This document shows, one piece after another, positions 37,658-47,501 of a stretch of 64,000 nucleotides of DNA (positions are counted from its first letter, which is position 1; each line of letters starts with the position of its first letter). Where the stretch lies: contig DIDT01000057.1 of the NCBI GenBank assembly GCA_002418285.1, positions 78,958 to 142,957 on the forward strand. Reading direction: 5' to 3'. The position numbers and the translations under genes are program-made. The notes under the pieces were generated by a model that was given only the letters and a program-made list of their open reading frames with translations, ran no database searches and was not told the origin of the DNA. The DNA is from Phycisphaerales bacterium UBA5793 (lineage in GTDB: Bacteria > Planctomycetota > Phycisphaerae > Phycisphaerales > UBA5793).

Positions 37658-40600
37658 GGCTGTCCTCCCGGTTCGCCGGGCTGCACGTCCGGTCCGCTCG
37701 GCGGAGTGCCGCCGCCTTGTTGCATCATTTCAATGAGCTTCTGTGCCAGATCAGTCAGCTCCTTCTGGGCCGCACCGAGTTCGTCCAGACGCATCGAGCG
37801 AGATGCCTCATCGAGCGTCGTCCCCGATTCATCAAGCAATCGTGTGGAGCGATAGACGGACTCCTGCAATCCGCGCAGCAATTTCAACTGTGCAATCGGC
37901 GGCACCAGCGGCGGGGGCTGGCCGCTTCCGCCATTGCCACCGTTTCCACCGTTGTCGCCCTCGTCGCTCGGCTGCTCGAATTCCTGATCCGATTGCGAAT
38001 CCTGCAGCGCGGTTGCCAGCGCAAGGAACCGGTCGGCAATGTCCTGCTCGCGCATCAACTGAGTCAGCCCAATCTTTGCGCCTCGCAGATCGTCCACAAC
38101 TTCGCCCGCCAGCGTATCAATCTGCCTGTGGCTCGCCTCAAAAACAAACGACTCTGCCAGTTCATCCGTCTTCTTGAGCAGATCCATCGCATCAATGCGA
38201 ATCTGCGCCTGCTGGTTGCCCAGTTGCCGCGACATCACCCGCTGCCGCCGATCAAGATTCGCCCCTGAAAGTGGCGCGGTCTCCGCCTTGAGCGCCAGTT
38301 GCCGCTCATGCAAGTCGCGATACGCCTGGATGAGTTCCTGTTTGCGGCGTTGCTGCTCTTGTTGCTGCAATTTTTCCTGCAACTTGGCCGCCAGCTCGCG
38401 AGCTTCTTTCAATCGCGCCAGGCTCTCTTCTTCACTTTGCTGTGCGCTGGTCGCATCGATGGATGCCGCTCGCAGCGCGACGATCGCCGACTCCTGAGCT
38501 TTGGCGGCCAATTCGACCAGTCGCGCGATCTCGGCCATGTCGCGACCCCCCTCAACCGCCAGATCAAGCACGGCGTAGGTATTGGTGCTCAACTGCAGCA
38601 TCGCGCGGTCAAGCCCGTCGTAGCTTCCCTCAGCGCCGAACAATCGACCCAATTGAGTCTCCTGGGCGGCGATCAAGGCGTCAAGTGACTGCAACAAGCT
38701 CTCAACCTGCCGCGCCAACCGCTCGGCCTTCGCCCGATCGGTCTTCTCCAGCTGATCGAGCATGTTCTGCAGGGCCTGTTGCGCCTCCTGCTGCTGCTGG
38801 CTGGCGCGTTGGCCCTGGTTCTGCTCCAGTTGTTGCGCCGCGTCGCTCATTTTCTGCTCAAGTTGAGCTTGCTGCGCCTGTTTCGCCGCCTCGTCCATGG
38901 CCTGCGATAGATCGGGGTCGCTCTTGCGCATCTGATCGGCCCGGTTGCGCAGTTCGTCGACGAGTTCCTGGGCTCGTCGCGCCAGTTCATCCTGCTGACG
39001 AGCCAGTTCATTCAGCGCGCGCCGTTCATCTTCGCTCAATTGCGACGGGTCTTGCCCGCGCGTGCGGTCTGTTGTCTTCCGTGCGGTTTGCTCCAGATTC
39101 TTCTGGTCGTTGAGCAACTGCTCGACCTGCCGCCGCATGACCCATGAATCCTGCCCGCGGTCGAGCATCTCGATCAGCGCTGCCAATTCGTCCGAGACCT
39201 GCTTCTGCGCTCCATCACGCTTGGCTGCCTGGGCCTGCGCCTGCTGCTCGGTTTCGGGCGGGCTCTGCTGCGCTTCGGCCAGCGCCTCGGATGCCTGATT
39301 TGATGATTGTCCCGCCTGCTCGAGCAGGTCCGTCGCCTCAGCCATCAGCTCGTCAATATCGCGATCACCCAGTCGGTTGTCGCGCACGCGCTGCTCGATC
39401 TGGCTCACCGCCTCGCGCTGCTGCTCGATCTGCTGGCCGATGCGCGACTGGTCGCGCAAATCACCCGGCCGCGTCTGCCCCTTGGCAAGCCGCTCACGCA
39501 GCTCGCGCTGCTCCTGCTCGATGCGAATCGCGCTGTCGCGCACCGCCGAAAGGTTCTGGTAGACCTGCTCGACAAACTCAGCGTCCGTGATGATGCGCAG
39601 TTTGCGCGGCGATGACTCGGCCGTCTCGTGCGTCGCACCGTCAAACGCAAACGTATCCGTCGCCGTCGCCACCAGGGTCACCATGTCGCCCGGCTTGACT
39701 TCCAGCAGCGAAAGGTCCACCTCCTGGTCTAACTGCTCAACCGTCGTCGATCCCGCCTGTGTTGCGATCACACGAGGCGCGTCATCATTAATCGTCGCCT
39801 GTACCGCCAGCGTATCCACAAGCACATCGTCGCGCGACTCAGCCTTGAGAGGCACGTAGGCCTGCGGCAAACACGTCCGGTCCGTGGCGGGGTCGATGAT
39901 CGTCACCGTCGGTGGCGCATCAATCCGGGCCTCGATACGATACGCCACATCATCTGCCCCCAGCAGGCCGTACTCATCAACCAGTATCGGCTGCAAGCGC
40001 GTTGTCGCGCCCAATGTCCATGTAATCGTCCATGCCGATGCCTGGCTGTCTTCTCCCACAGCGGCGAGCAACTCGGCATCATCAGCGGCTGGCTGACCAT
40101 CGACGTCATCTGTGCGCCAATTGAGCAGTGCCTTCCAGTCGTTGTTGCTGAGATCCGTCGGCAGGGGCTTGTTGAACTCCAGCGCCAACGACGCCTTTGA
40201 ACCAACCAGCGCCGGCGGCGTCAGCACTGCTCGCTCGTCCGTGCCCGGCCCCAAGTCGACCGTTGCCTGCTCAATGTTCTTTGCGGCATACGCTGGCGGC
40301 TCCACCAGCAGCTCCGCCCGCTCGATGCGCGGCGCCGGCACAAGCCGAATCGCTTCCATCGGCGTCTCATCATCCATCGTGGAGAACCGCACCTCAATCT
40401 GATCCGCGTCCGGCTCGATCAATCGCTCAAACACATCATCCTGTTGCCGCGTGAGAACGACCTGTTCCCACGCACCGGCTTCACCGTTGCGCACCAGGCG
40501 GTAATGCGCCATGACGCGCATGTCGTCGCTCAAGCCGCGCGTTACCCGCGCCCGCAGGGGCAGTGCCTTGCCCAGTGGATGCACACTCTTGCCCATCGCC

Positions 40601-41199
40601 GACTCGACGCCGGTGCGCTTGAGCCATCGCGCTTCGCCGAAGGGATTGAACCACCGTTGTGCTGCGATCGACGCTGAACCGGGCATCGTGATGCACAAAA
40701 CCGCGACCAGCGCTGCCGCAAGTGCGAACACGCCCAAGTCACTGAAGGTCCGCTTGGGGGCAACGAGTGCGCGCAGGTTCTCGCGCCCGACGCGCTGTTC
40801 GGCTTCGGCCACGGCTTGGGCGGCAAGGGCTGACTGCTCCGCCTCATGGCCGAGAATGAAGTCGACGCCGGATGCGAGGTGGCCACGCAGCGAGGGCACG
40901 ACCTTCTCGAAGCGCAGCGCCATATCGGTCAGTGTCGGGGCAAACCGCACAGCGGGGGTCACATACCGCCACAGCGCAGCCAGAATCGCGACCACGACGA
41001 TCACGTCCAGACCCAGTCGCGCTGGACCGGGCAGGCGGAAGATGTAGTCGATGACCACCAGGGCCAATGCCCCGCCGATGATCCACGCCGCCAATACGGC
41101 CACCCGCTGGGCCAGCAGCATCAGCCACGCTCTTCGGCGGATCGATTCAATCTCCCTGATCACATCGCGCATCGCAAGCGGCTCCCGCAGTCCGAACAA
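37654..41199 (-). CDS. large membrane-anchored coiled-coil protein (DUF4175-like, tentative)
   Basis: 1181 aa with N-terminal TM helices 'LMLLAQRVAVLAAWIIGGALALVVI' and 'LGLDVIVVVAILAALW'. A middle region is followed by about 600 aa of A/E/Q/R/L-rich predicted coiled coil. A 'GDNGGNGGNGGSG' tract lies near the C-terminus. Confidence 0.6.
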   Translation of the reverse strand: MFGLREPLAMRDVIREIESIRRRAWLMLLAQRVAVLAAWIIGGALALVVIDYIFRLPGPARLGLDVIVVVAILAALWRYVTPAVRFAPTLTDMALRFEKVVPSLRGHLASGVDFILGHEAEQSALAAQAVAEAEQRVGRENLRALVAPKRTFSDLGVFALAAALVAVLCITMPGSASIAAQRWFNPFGEARWLKRTGVESAMGKSVHPLGKALPLRARVTRGLSDDMRVMAHYRLVRNGEAGAWEQVVLTRQQDDVFERLIEPDADQIEVRFSTMDDETPMEAIRLVPAPRIERAELLVEPPAYAAKNIEQATVDLGPGTDERAVLTPPALVGSKASLALEFNKPLPTDLSNNDWKALLNWRTDDVDGQPAADDAELLAAVGEDSQASAWTITWTLGATTRLQPILVDEYGLLGADDVAYRIEARIDAPPTVTIIDPATDRTCLPQAYVPLKAESRDDVLVDTLAVQATINDDAPRVIATQAGSTTVEQLDQEVDLSLLEVKPGDMVTLVATATDTFAFDGATHETAESSPRKLRIITDAEFVEQVYQNLSAVRDSAIRIEQEQRELRERLAKGQTRPGDLRDQSRIGQQIEQQREAVSQIEQRVRDNRLGDRDIDELMAEATDLLEQAGQSSNQASEALAEAQQSPPETEQQAQAQAAKRDGAQKQVSDELAALIEMLDRGQDSWVMRRQVEQLLNDQKNLEQTARKTTDRTRGQDPSQLSEDERRALNELARQQDELARRAQELVDELRNRADQMRKSDPDLSQAMDEAAKQAQQAQLEQKMSDAAQQLEQNQGQRASQQQQEAQQALQNMLDQLEKTDRAKAERLARQVESLLQSLDALIAAQETQLGRLFGAEGSYDGLDRAMLQLSTNTYAVLDLAVEGGRDMAEIARLVELAAKAQESAIVALRAASIDATSAQQSEEESLARLKEARELAAKLQEKLQQQEQQRRKQELIQAYRDLHERQLALKAETAPLSGANLDRRQRVMSRQLGNQQAQIRIDAMDLLKKTDELAESFVFEASHRQIDTLAGEVVDDLRGAKIGLTQLMREQDIADRFLALATALQDSQSDQEFEQPSDEGDNGGNGGNGGSGQPPPLVPPIAQLKLLRGLQESVYRSTRLLDESGTTLDEASRSMRLDELGAAQKELTDLAQKLIEMMQQGGGTPPSGPDVQPGEPGGQP

Positions 41200-41397
41200 T
41201 GGTACGGCCGGGAGGGCGGGCCCGGTTCCGTCCCACTCCTATAACATCGGCCGGACGCCTCGTTGCGTTCCCAAATGTCGAGATTCCCGGGCAAGAACAC
41301 CCACAAAAGACGCTGCCAACGCTACGGCCCGCCCGAATTTCGCGGGTAGCGCACGGAAAGCGCCATCCATGTCTGATTACCCACCACGTGGGATCGC

Positions 41398-43695
41398 TCA
41401 ATTCAACCGAATCAGCTTCCGCCCCACCCACTCGAACGTGAGCAGCAGGATCACGAGGATCAGGCACAAAGGCGTGTCCCACAGCGGCTCGACGAGGTCC
41501 ATCGGGGTGATGATCGAACGGTCAGGCAGGTTTCTGAGCGCGCTGAGGTCATTGGCCGCCAGCACCTGGCCGCCGGTATCTTCCGCGAGGCGAGCGAGGA
41601 GGCCGTGGTCTGCGGCGGGGTCACGCATCTCGTCATCGGGCCGCGTCACTTCTACGACTTGTCCAAGATCAAATCGGACCAGCGCCGGATCGACCATACG
41701 CACCTGCAGCGACCCCGCGCGGTCCGGCACATACGCCGCCTCGTAGCGCGTCATCGTCTCGTCGATCGCAGTCAGCGAGAGAGAGACAACCGAGCCGTCG
41801 GACGTATCAACCAGTTCGATGGGAATCTCTGAGACGGATCGCTGCGCGAGCTGCGCATCAAGCAGGCGAAGTTGAATCACAATCGGCTGGCCGACCTCAG
41901 CGCGACGGGGGTTGACAGTCAGCACGGCCGGTTGACCCGAAAGCGTCAGACGGTCGCGGCCGAGCATGCGGATCAGCTGATTCCAGAACTGCTCGGGCAG
42001 CGTATCACCAAGGCCATAGCGCCAGCGCCACGTCTCGTCCGTTGCCACGAAGGCGCTCTGCCCGGCCCCGAAACGCATGAAAGTCACCAGCGGCAGCGGC
42101 TGACCCTCGTCCAGTGGCGCCGTCGTCTCCGCGAGCACCTCGACGGCCGGCTTGAGTGAACGGTGTTCGAGCCGCAGCGCCCACTGCAGCGCTGCCCAAG
42201 GCTGGGCGGGGTCATCGAGAATGTCCCACGCATGGCGCTCACCAAGCATGAGCTGGAGCACGCTCAGGCGGTGCGCAACGTCTGTTGGCTTCATGCGAAC
42301 CGGCTCATCAATCAGCGGCAGATTCAGGTTACCGCGCATCGGCAGCAATGCCGCCAGCGGGCTGTTCGCGTACGCCGATGGATTGGCCCGCGGCCCGGCG
42401 ATGAAGAGCAGCCCCGCTCCGCGCTCCGCCACCTGGCTGCGAATCATCTCCTGCTGCGGGGCCGAGAAAAACTCGGCGTGTACATCACCCAGCACGATCA
42501 CGTCGTACGGCTCCCACTCCTCAGGCGAATTGGGCAGCCGGGCAATCGGCGTGTTGCCCTCCTGGGCAAAATCACGATCGGCCGAAAGCAGCATGATGCT
42601 CGAGTCGATCGTGTGCTCGCGCACGATCAGATCCTTGATCCAGCGATACTCCCAGCGGGGCCGAGCCTCGACATAGAGCACTTTGAGCGGGCGATCGACG
42701 AGTTCGATGTCAAAGTCGCGCTGGTTGTTGTCGGTGATGAGATCGACGCCTTCGCTCTCGATCACGACGCGCCATGTCGAGACGCCCGGCAGGTTCGGTC
42801 GCGCCAACAGTGTGAGGTGATCGCGCTCGTCGCCGGGTTCGAGGCGCTCGCGATCGAACACTTCGCCGGTGAGTGCGTCGACGAGTTTCACTTCTGCGCC
42901 GTCTGTGTCCGCGGCCGAGCCGAGGCGATCAATGGTCACGTCGATAGGCACAATGTCATGCGCAAAGGCCCTGGTCGGCGACTCAACGCGCCCGACCGCG
43001 AGATCACCCACCGCTTCCCCCGAACCCAGCGGTACAACCATCAGCGGAACTGCGTCCGCCTCGAGTTGGCGCAGAATCGCACGCGTCGGCGGCTGGGGTG
43101 TGCGCCCGTCGGTAAAGAGCACGACAGAATTAATTGGTCGCGCTGAAAGTCGTCGCAGCGCTTGGTCGAGCGAAGCCGCCAGCAGCGTGCGCCGCCCCTC
43201 AGGCGCACTCAGGTCAGGTTCTCCCGTTGTGTCATCCACCGGCAAGTCGTACGCGCCTTCATCAAAGCCCAACCAGAGCGTCTCGTGCTTGGATGCCACA
43301 TCATCAAAGACCGGTTGTGAGTCGGCGACTGCACTGCGCAATTGCTCATCGCGCGTCTCGCGGTTGGGCAGGTCGCCGATCGTCATCGATGTCGATCGAT
43401 CGAGCAGGTAAACGACCCAGTCACGTTCCACCAGGTCGCGCGGCACGATGATTGCCGGCCCCGCAATGAGCACCACCAGCACCAGCAACAACACCGCGCG
43501 CGACACCGCCAGCACGCCGCGTCCGCGCCGATTGCCAATGAGTCCGCTGTAACTCCACACCGCGAGCAATCCAAGCACGATGATCGCCAGCGCCCACGCC
43601 CAACCCGGCAATGGCCGCTGCCAGCCGAGATGCATCGTTTCTGCATCTGCGGGCAGTCGATCGAGATTAAGCAGCCAGTGCCACAGGGCGTTCAT
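41398..43695 (-). CDS. membrane protein with VWA-like and glutamine-amidotransferase-like domains
   Basis: 765 aa with two N-terminal TM helices. MIDAS-like 'VVYLLDRSTSMTIGD'. A later block 'LKVLYVEARPRWEYRWIKDL...YDVIVLGDV...GAGLLFIAGP' is typical of Bat-type clusters. C-terminal TM helix. Confidence 0.65.
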   Translation of the reverse strand: MNALWHWLLNLDRLPADAETMHLGWQRPLPGWAWALAIIVLGLLAVWSYSGLIGNRRGRGVLAVSRAVLLLVLVVLIAGPAIIVPRDLVERDWVVYLLDRSTSMTIGDLPNRETRDEQLRSAVADSQPVFDDVASKHETLWLGFDEGAYDLPVDDTTGEPDLSAPEGRRTLLAASLDQALRRLSARPINSVVLFTDGRTPQPPTRAILRQLEADAVPLMVVPLGSGEAVGDLAVGRVESPTRAFAHDIVPIDVTIDRLGSAADTDGAEVKLVDALTGEVFDRERLEPGDERDHLTLLARPNLPGVSTWRVVIESEGVDLITDNNQRDFDIELVDRPLKVLYVEARPRWEYRWIKDLIVREHTIDSSIMLLSADRDFAQEGNTPIARLPNSPEEWEPYDVIVLGDVHAEFFSAPQQEMIRSQVAERGAGLLFIAGPRANPSAYANSPLAALLPMRGNLNLPLIDEPVRMKPTDVAHRLSVLQLMLGERHAWDILDDPAQPWAALQWALRLEHRSLKPAVEVLAETTAPLDEGQPLPLVTFMRFGAGQSAFVATDETWRWRYGLGDTLPEQFWNQLIRMLGRDRLTLSGQPAVLTVNPRRAEVGQPIVIQLRLLDAQLAQRSVSEIPIELVDTSDGSVVSLSLTAIDETMTRYEAAYVPDRAGSLQVRMVDPALVRFDLGQVVEVTRPDDEMRDPAADHGLLARLAEDTGGQVLAANDLSALRNLPDRSIITPMDLVEPLWDTPLCLILVILLLTFEWVGRKLIRLN

Positions 43696-45923
43696 GCCGG
43701 CCGCCCCTCTGTCGCAAAGGTCGAAGCGAGCGAGTAGCGATCGGTGTCGAGGCCGCCGGTCTCCAGATCACGTCGCAGGCCGTGGCTGAACCAGCGGGCC
43801 AGCAACGTTTCGAGAAGCGCCAGAGCCAACGCGGTCAGCAACAGTGCCAGGCTGATTTCGCCCCAGGTCGTTTCCCCGGCGAGCGCGGCGGCGGAGTCAT
43901 TTGTGTCAAGCCACTGCCACGAGCCGCTCGCGCCGAGCCATTCGTTCACCTGAGCAGCGCCCAGCGCCTCCGTACGACCCGCGTCGGGCTCCACGTTGAC
44001 ACCGATCCGTCCCAACGACGCGCTGCGCTCATCGAGGACCTCATACACCCCAGCCTGACTGATCGGCCGATCGAGTGTGGCGGCGCCATCTCGTGTCAAC
44101 ACCGTGAGCCGTGTTCCGCCCGGCCCAACAAGCGACGCAGCGCCGAGCGGCAACCCTCCCGCGATCGCATCACCGGGCGACAGTTCGCGTTGTTCATGCG
44201 CGTGGCCGACGCCCTGGCGCACCACTTCGTGCACCAGTGCAACCATAAATGGTTTGGCGGGCAGCGTTGTCCAGTCGAGATGCGCGGCGCTCGAAAGGTA
44301 CACGATCAGCCCGCCGCGACTCGACCCGCCCGCGGTCATCCACATCATCCACGGCGTGCCGTCTGCGAGCCGGAGAACAATCGAATCCTCTTCCACACCT
44401 TCCTCAACCGGCAATGTGCGCAGTACGCGCACGGGCTTGGTCAGGTCGGTCAGTTCACTACCCAGCAGGCTGAGCAGATCGCTTTTGGGCTGCTCATCGG
44501 CGAGCGCGACGCCAGAGTCATCCTCCCCGACGTTGGCCGCCTCGCGGGCCCAGCGCCAGTTGAGTTCGAGCGCGGTTGTAGCCCGGTCCGTCCAAGTCGC
44601 CACGCGATCCTGCTCGGCAGGCTCGATCCACAGCATTCCCCCGCCATCCACAAATTCGCGCAGCACGCGCCAACCGTCTTCCGTCACGAGGTCGGGCCGG
44701 GTCAACACGGCCGCCTGAAGACGCCGCATCGCCGCACGGTCAATCGACGCTGGGTCGATGTCCGTCACACTGATTTGCGAGCCACTTCCTGGATCGAGTG
44801 CCCGACGAAACCACGAACCGCTGGGGAACGACGCCAGGTCGCCTGGCCGACCAAACTCGCGCCGGTCAAGCACAGCAACGCGCAGCACATCGCGCACTTC
44901 GAGCACGTTGTAACGCGCGTTGTCGGCAGCGAGGGCGTCGCGGTCAATCGCCGCCGTTACGATCACTTCGCCCGGATCGACGCCGCGCAGATCGAGCCGC
45001 ATATCGACAGCCGCTTCACTCTGCCCGCGGGCCCAACGCACCGAGATCGGATCCGGACTCGGGAGCGGCTCGGCGTTGAGCCGCACCGTACTCAGCGCTT
45101 CTTCGCTCACATCACCCACGCGGCGCAGATGCACCGTAAACTGCCCGCTGAGATCCGTCGCGCCTGCCAGCGCCACGCGCCGTTTGGAGTCGATCGATAC
45201 GACCTGCACGTTTGCGACCGGCGCTGTTGCCGGCTGCGACGCAATGAGCTTTACGTTTCGCTTGTCGTCGATGAATCGCGCGGCGAGCGGCCGCGTGAGA
45301 TCCGCTGAACCCGCATAGAAATCGCTGAGCAGATAGACGAACACCGGACTCGGATCGCTCTCGCGCAAAGAAATGGATTCGCGCACGCGCGAAAGAGCTG
45401 CGTCAATGTCTGTCGGGGTGTGAGACGCCTTGAGTTCCGTCAGGTTTGCCAGCACAGCTGCGTGATCCACCGCCGGCGGATCGACCAGAGCCTCGATTGG
45501 CCGCGCCGCCGAGACGAGCGCTACGCGATCTGATGCCTTGAGCGAGCTGATGATCTGGCTCGCCTCCTGCACATGACGTTGCAGCGCACTCTGGTTCTGC
45601 CCGTCGGTCACCGTTGACGCCAGTCCGTTGTCGACAACGAGATACACGACGCGGCTGCCCGGCCCGAGCGGCAGGGCTGAATCACTCAGCAGCGGCCGCG
45701 CCAGCGCCAGACCAAGCAGCGCCAGCACAAGGCAGCGGATCGCCAGCAGCAACCATTGCTCCAGTCGCATGCGATGTCGGCTGCGTCGATACGCCTCCAG
45801 CAGGAACCGCATTGCACCCCAGTCGATCGGCTTGCGCCGCTGACGAAACAGCAGGTGAATGATGATGGGAATCGCCACGGCGGCGACACCGGCCAGCGCC
45901 AGGCCCACGTGCACGAAATTCAT
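43692..45923 (-). CDS. BatA N-terminal domain (aerotolerance-regulator-like) membrane protein
   Basis: 743 aa. N-terminus 'MNFVHVGLALAGVAAVAIPIIIHLLFRQRRKPIDWGAMRFL' fits the BatA_N double-TM motif. ATGA overlaps at both ends. Confidence 0.7.
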   Translation of the reverse strand: MNFVHVGLALAGVAAVAIPIIIHLLFRQRRKPIDWGAMRFLLEAYRRSRHRMRLEQWLLLAIRCLVLALLGLALARPLLSDSALPLGPGSRVVYLVVDNGLASTVTDGQNQSALQRHVQEASQIISSLKASDRVALVSAARPIEALVDPPAVDHAAVLANLTELKASHTPTDIDAALSRVRESISLRESDPSPVFVYLLSDFYAGSADLTRPLAARFIDDKRNVKLIASQPATAPVANVQVVSIDSKRRVALAGATDLSGQFTVHLRRVGDVSEEALSTVRLNAEPLPSPDPISVRWARGQSEAAVDMRLDLRGVDPGEVIVTAAIDRDALAADNARYNVLEVRDVLRVAVLDRREFGRPGDLASFPSGSWFRRALDPGSGSQISVTDIDPASIDRAAMRRLQAAVLTRPDLVTEDGWRVLREFVDGGGMLWIEPAEQDRVATWTDRATTALELNWRWAREAANVGEDDSGVALADEQPKSDLLSLLGSELTDLTKPVRVLRTLPVEEGVEEDSIVLRLADGTPWMMWMTAGGSSRGGLIVYLSSAAHLDWTTLPAKPFMVALVHEVVRQGVGHAHEQRELSPGDAIAGGLPLGAASLVGPGGTRLTVLTRDGAATLDRPISQAGVYEVLDERSASLGRIGVNVEPDAGRTEALGAAQVNEWLGASGSWQWLDTNDSAAALAGETTWGEISLALLLTALALALLETLLARWFSHGLRRDLETGGLDTDRYSLASTFATEGRPA

Positions 45924-46870
45924 CCGCGCCCCCTGCGACCTTGCGCCATCCTTCGGGCCAGGAAGTGACTGAGCACCGGGCCGATCGAGTCGTGTGTGTC
46001 AATGCGCTGGTAGTCAAAATGAAATCCGCGCGCCAACTTTTCCAGCGACTTGCAGTGTTCGGAGAGAATCTCGAGATAGGCCTGGCGCAGTGAGCGCGGA
46101 TCAAGGTTCAGTTTGCCCTCGAGTTCCATTCCCTCAAAAGGGGCCGGCGTGCGGAAGTCAAAGCGCATCTCCTGCCGGTCGAGCACCTGGAGCAGGATGA
46201 GATCGTGCCCGCGATGCCGCACGCGCGCCATGGCGCTGCGGATCTGGTCCAGGTCGTCGAAGAAGTCGCTAATGATCACAAAGAGCACGCGGTTGGTCAC
46301 CTTGCCCAGCGCCTGATCGACGCACCGGCCGATGCTCGTCTGCTCTTCCACCGGATGGGTGTTGAGCGCCGAGACGATCTGGCGCCAGTGTCCCTGCGCG
46401 CTGCTGCGATTGACCAGTGAGCGCACGCCGTCGGCGAACACGACCATCCCCACGCGATCCTGCTGTTGCAATGCCAGGAACGATACCGCGGCGCCGAGCG
46501 CCGTGGCATGATCGAACTTGCGCCAGATGCGCTTGCTGCCGTCTTCAATCGTCGCCTCATACGTGCCAAAGCGCATCGAGCCGGATGAATCGACGAGCAA
46601 CACAACGTCGAGATTTGTTTCCTGCTCATACTGCTTGAGGTACAGCTTGTCGCTGCGGCCGAAGACCTTCCAGTCGAGGTGGCGAATGTCGTCGCCCTGC
46701 ACATACTGCCGATGCTGCGCAAACTCGACGGAAAAGCCATAATAAGGACTTTCGTGCATGCCGCTGCGAATACCCTCGACAACCATGCGGGCGCGCAACT
46801 CGAATGCGCCCATCCGCGCAAGCGTGGCGGGAGAGAGGTAGTCGTCGGTTTGGAGAGAGGTGTCGGGCAT
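45920..46870 (-). CDS. DUF58 protein (MoxR-associated, VWA-like)
   Basis: 'FELRARMVVEGIRSGMHESPYYGFSVEFAQHRQYVQGDDIRHLDWKVFGRSDKLYLKQYEQETNLDVVLLVDSSGSM'. Start chosen at 'MPDTSL' (cat 46868-46870). The ORF stays open to 46945. Confidence 0.8.
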   Translation of the reverse strand: MPDTSLQTDDYLSPATLARMGAFELRARMVVEGIRSGMHESPYYGFSVEFAQHRQYVQGDDIRHLDWKVFGRSDKLYLKQYEQETNLDVVLLVDSSGSMRFGTYEATIEDGSKRIWRKFDHATALGAAVSFLALQQQDRVGMVVFADGVRSLVNRSSAQGHWRQIVSALNTHPVEEQTSIGRCVDQALGKVTNRVLFVIISDFFDDLDQIRSAMARVRHRGHDLILLQVLDRQEMRFDFRTPAPFEGMELEGKLNLDPRSLRQAYLEILSEHCKSLEKLARGFHFDYQRIDTHDSIGPVLSHFLARRMAQGRRGRG

Positions 46871-46956
46871 GCGGCTTAGCTGGGTGCGGAAATGCGTTGG
46901 CCGGTCCTGTTGGCCGCAGTACGATGACAAGAAGCGGACAGACACGGAAGGCGCCC

Positions 46957-47241
46957 ATGGGACAGTTGTTCGAGAGGATACGAGAGGCGGTGGACGATGA
47001 GCGATATGTCATCGGCGTCCACGCGGCTCAGCGTCTCCGGGAACGCCGAATCCCGCAATGGCAGGCAGTCGCCGGACTGGCCGATGGAGTTCTGATCACC
47101 GAACGCCCCCGGTCGAAGCCCAATGCCTCCGTCGAGGTGAAGCAGCCGCTCCCTGACGGCACCACTGCGAAGGCGATCTGGGCCTGGCTCCCCTATCATC
47201 GGGTGGCGAAACTGGTAACGGTCCATTTCATGGACAGGTGA
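46957..47241 (+). CDS. DUF4258-like putative toxin
   Basis: 94 aa from ATG 46957. 'YVIGVHAAQRLRERRIPQWQAVAGLADGVLITERP...AKLVTVHFMD' follows the DUF4258 pattern (H-A-x-x-R-x-x-x-R-x-I ... hydrophobic strand ending the protein). It is on the opposite strand to the surrounding cluster. Confidence 0.55.
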   Translation: MGQLFERIREAVDDERYVIGVHAAQRLRERRIPQWQAVAGLADGVLITERPRSKPNASVEVKQPLPDGTTAKAIWAWLPYHRVAKLVTVHFMDR

Positions 47242-47478
47242 ATGATGAACCTCGACGGCGAACACATCAAACAGACAATGTGGTTCGAGAGCGGCGCCTT
47301 CGTGGTGCGCGTTGTGGTGGACGCGGTCGTTCCACGTGACGACACGTCGGAGCCCTGCTTCGAACCGGATGCCGTCAAGTTCCTCAGCGAAGTCCAGGAA
47401 CACGCCAACGCCGGCGACATCGAATGGCTCAAGACCGTCGGCGACGTGTACGTACTCACGCATTCGCGTTCGGCTTGA
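47242..47478 (+). CDS. hypothetical partner of the DUF4258 gene (putative antitoxin)
   Basis: 78 aa. Its ATG immediately follows the upstream TGA ('tgaatgatg'). Third-position GC counted by hand is about 79%, against about 65% for the antisense frame. Confidence 0.4.
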   Translation: MMNLDGEHIKQTMWFESGAFVVRVVVDAVVPRDDTSEPCFEPDAVKFLSEVQEHANAGDIEWLKTVGDVYVLTHSRSA

Positions 47479-47501
47479 CGGCTCGCGTCGGTTCATCTCA
47501 C

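Noticed and set aside
37890-37970. Short GGN/CCA-type DNA repeat ('ccgccattgccaccgtttccaccgttgtcgcc')
   Set aside because: It is a coding low-complexity tract (GGNGGNGGSG) inside the 1181-aa gene, not a CRISPR or a non-coding repeat.
43782-45308. 508-aa plus-strand ORF
   Set aside because: It is antisense to the BatA_N gene and has Arg/His/Pro-rich shadow composition. The same reasoning applies to 42163-43146, 40846-41244 and 37609-38268 within the cluster.
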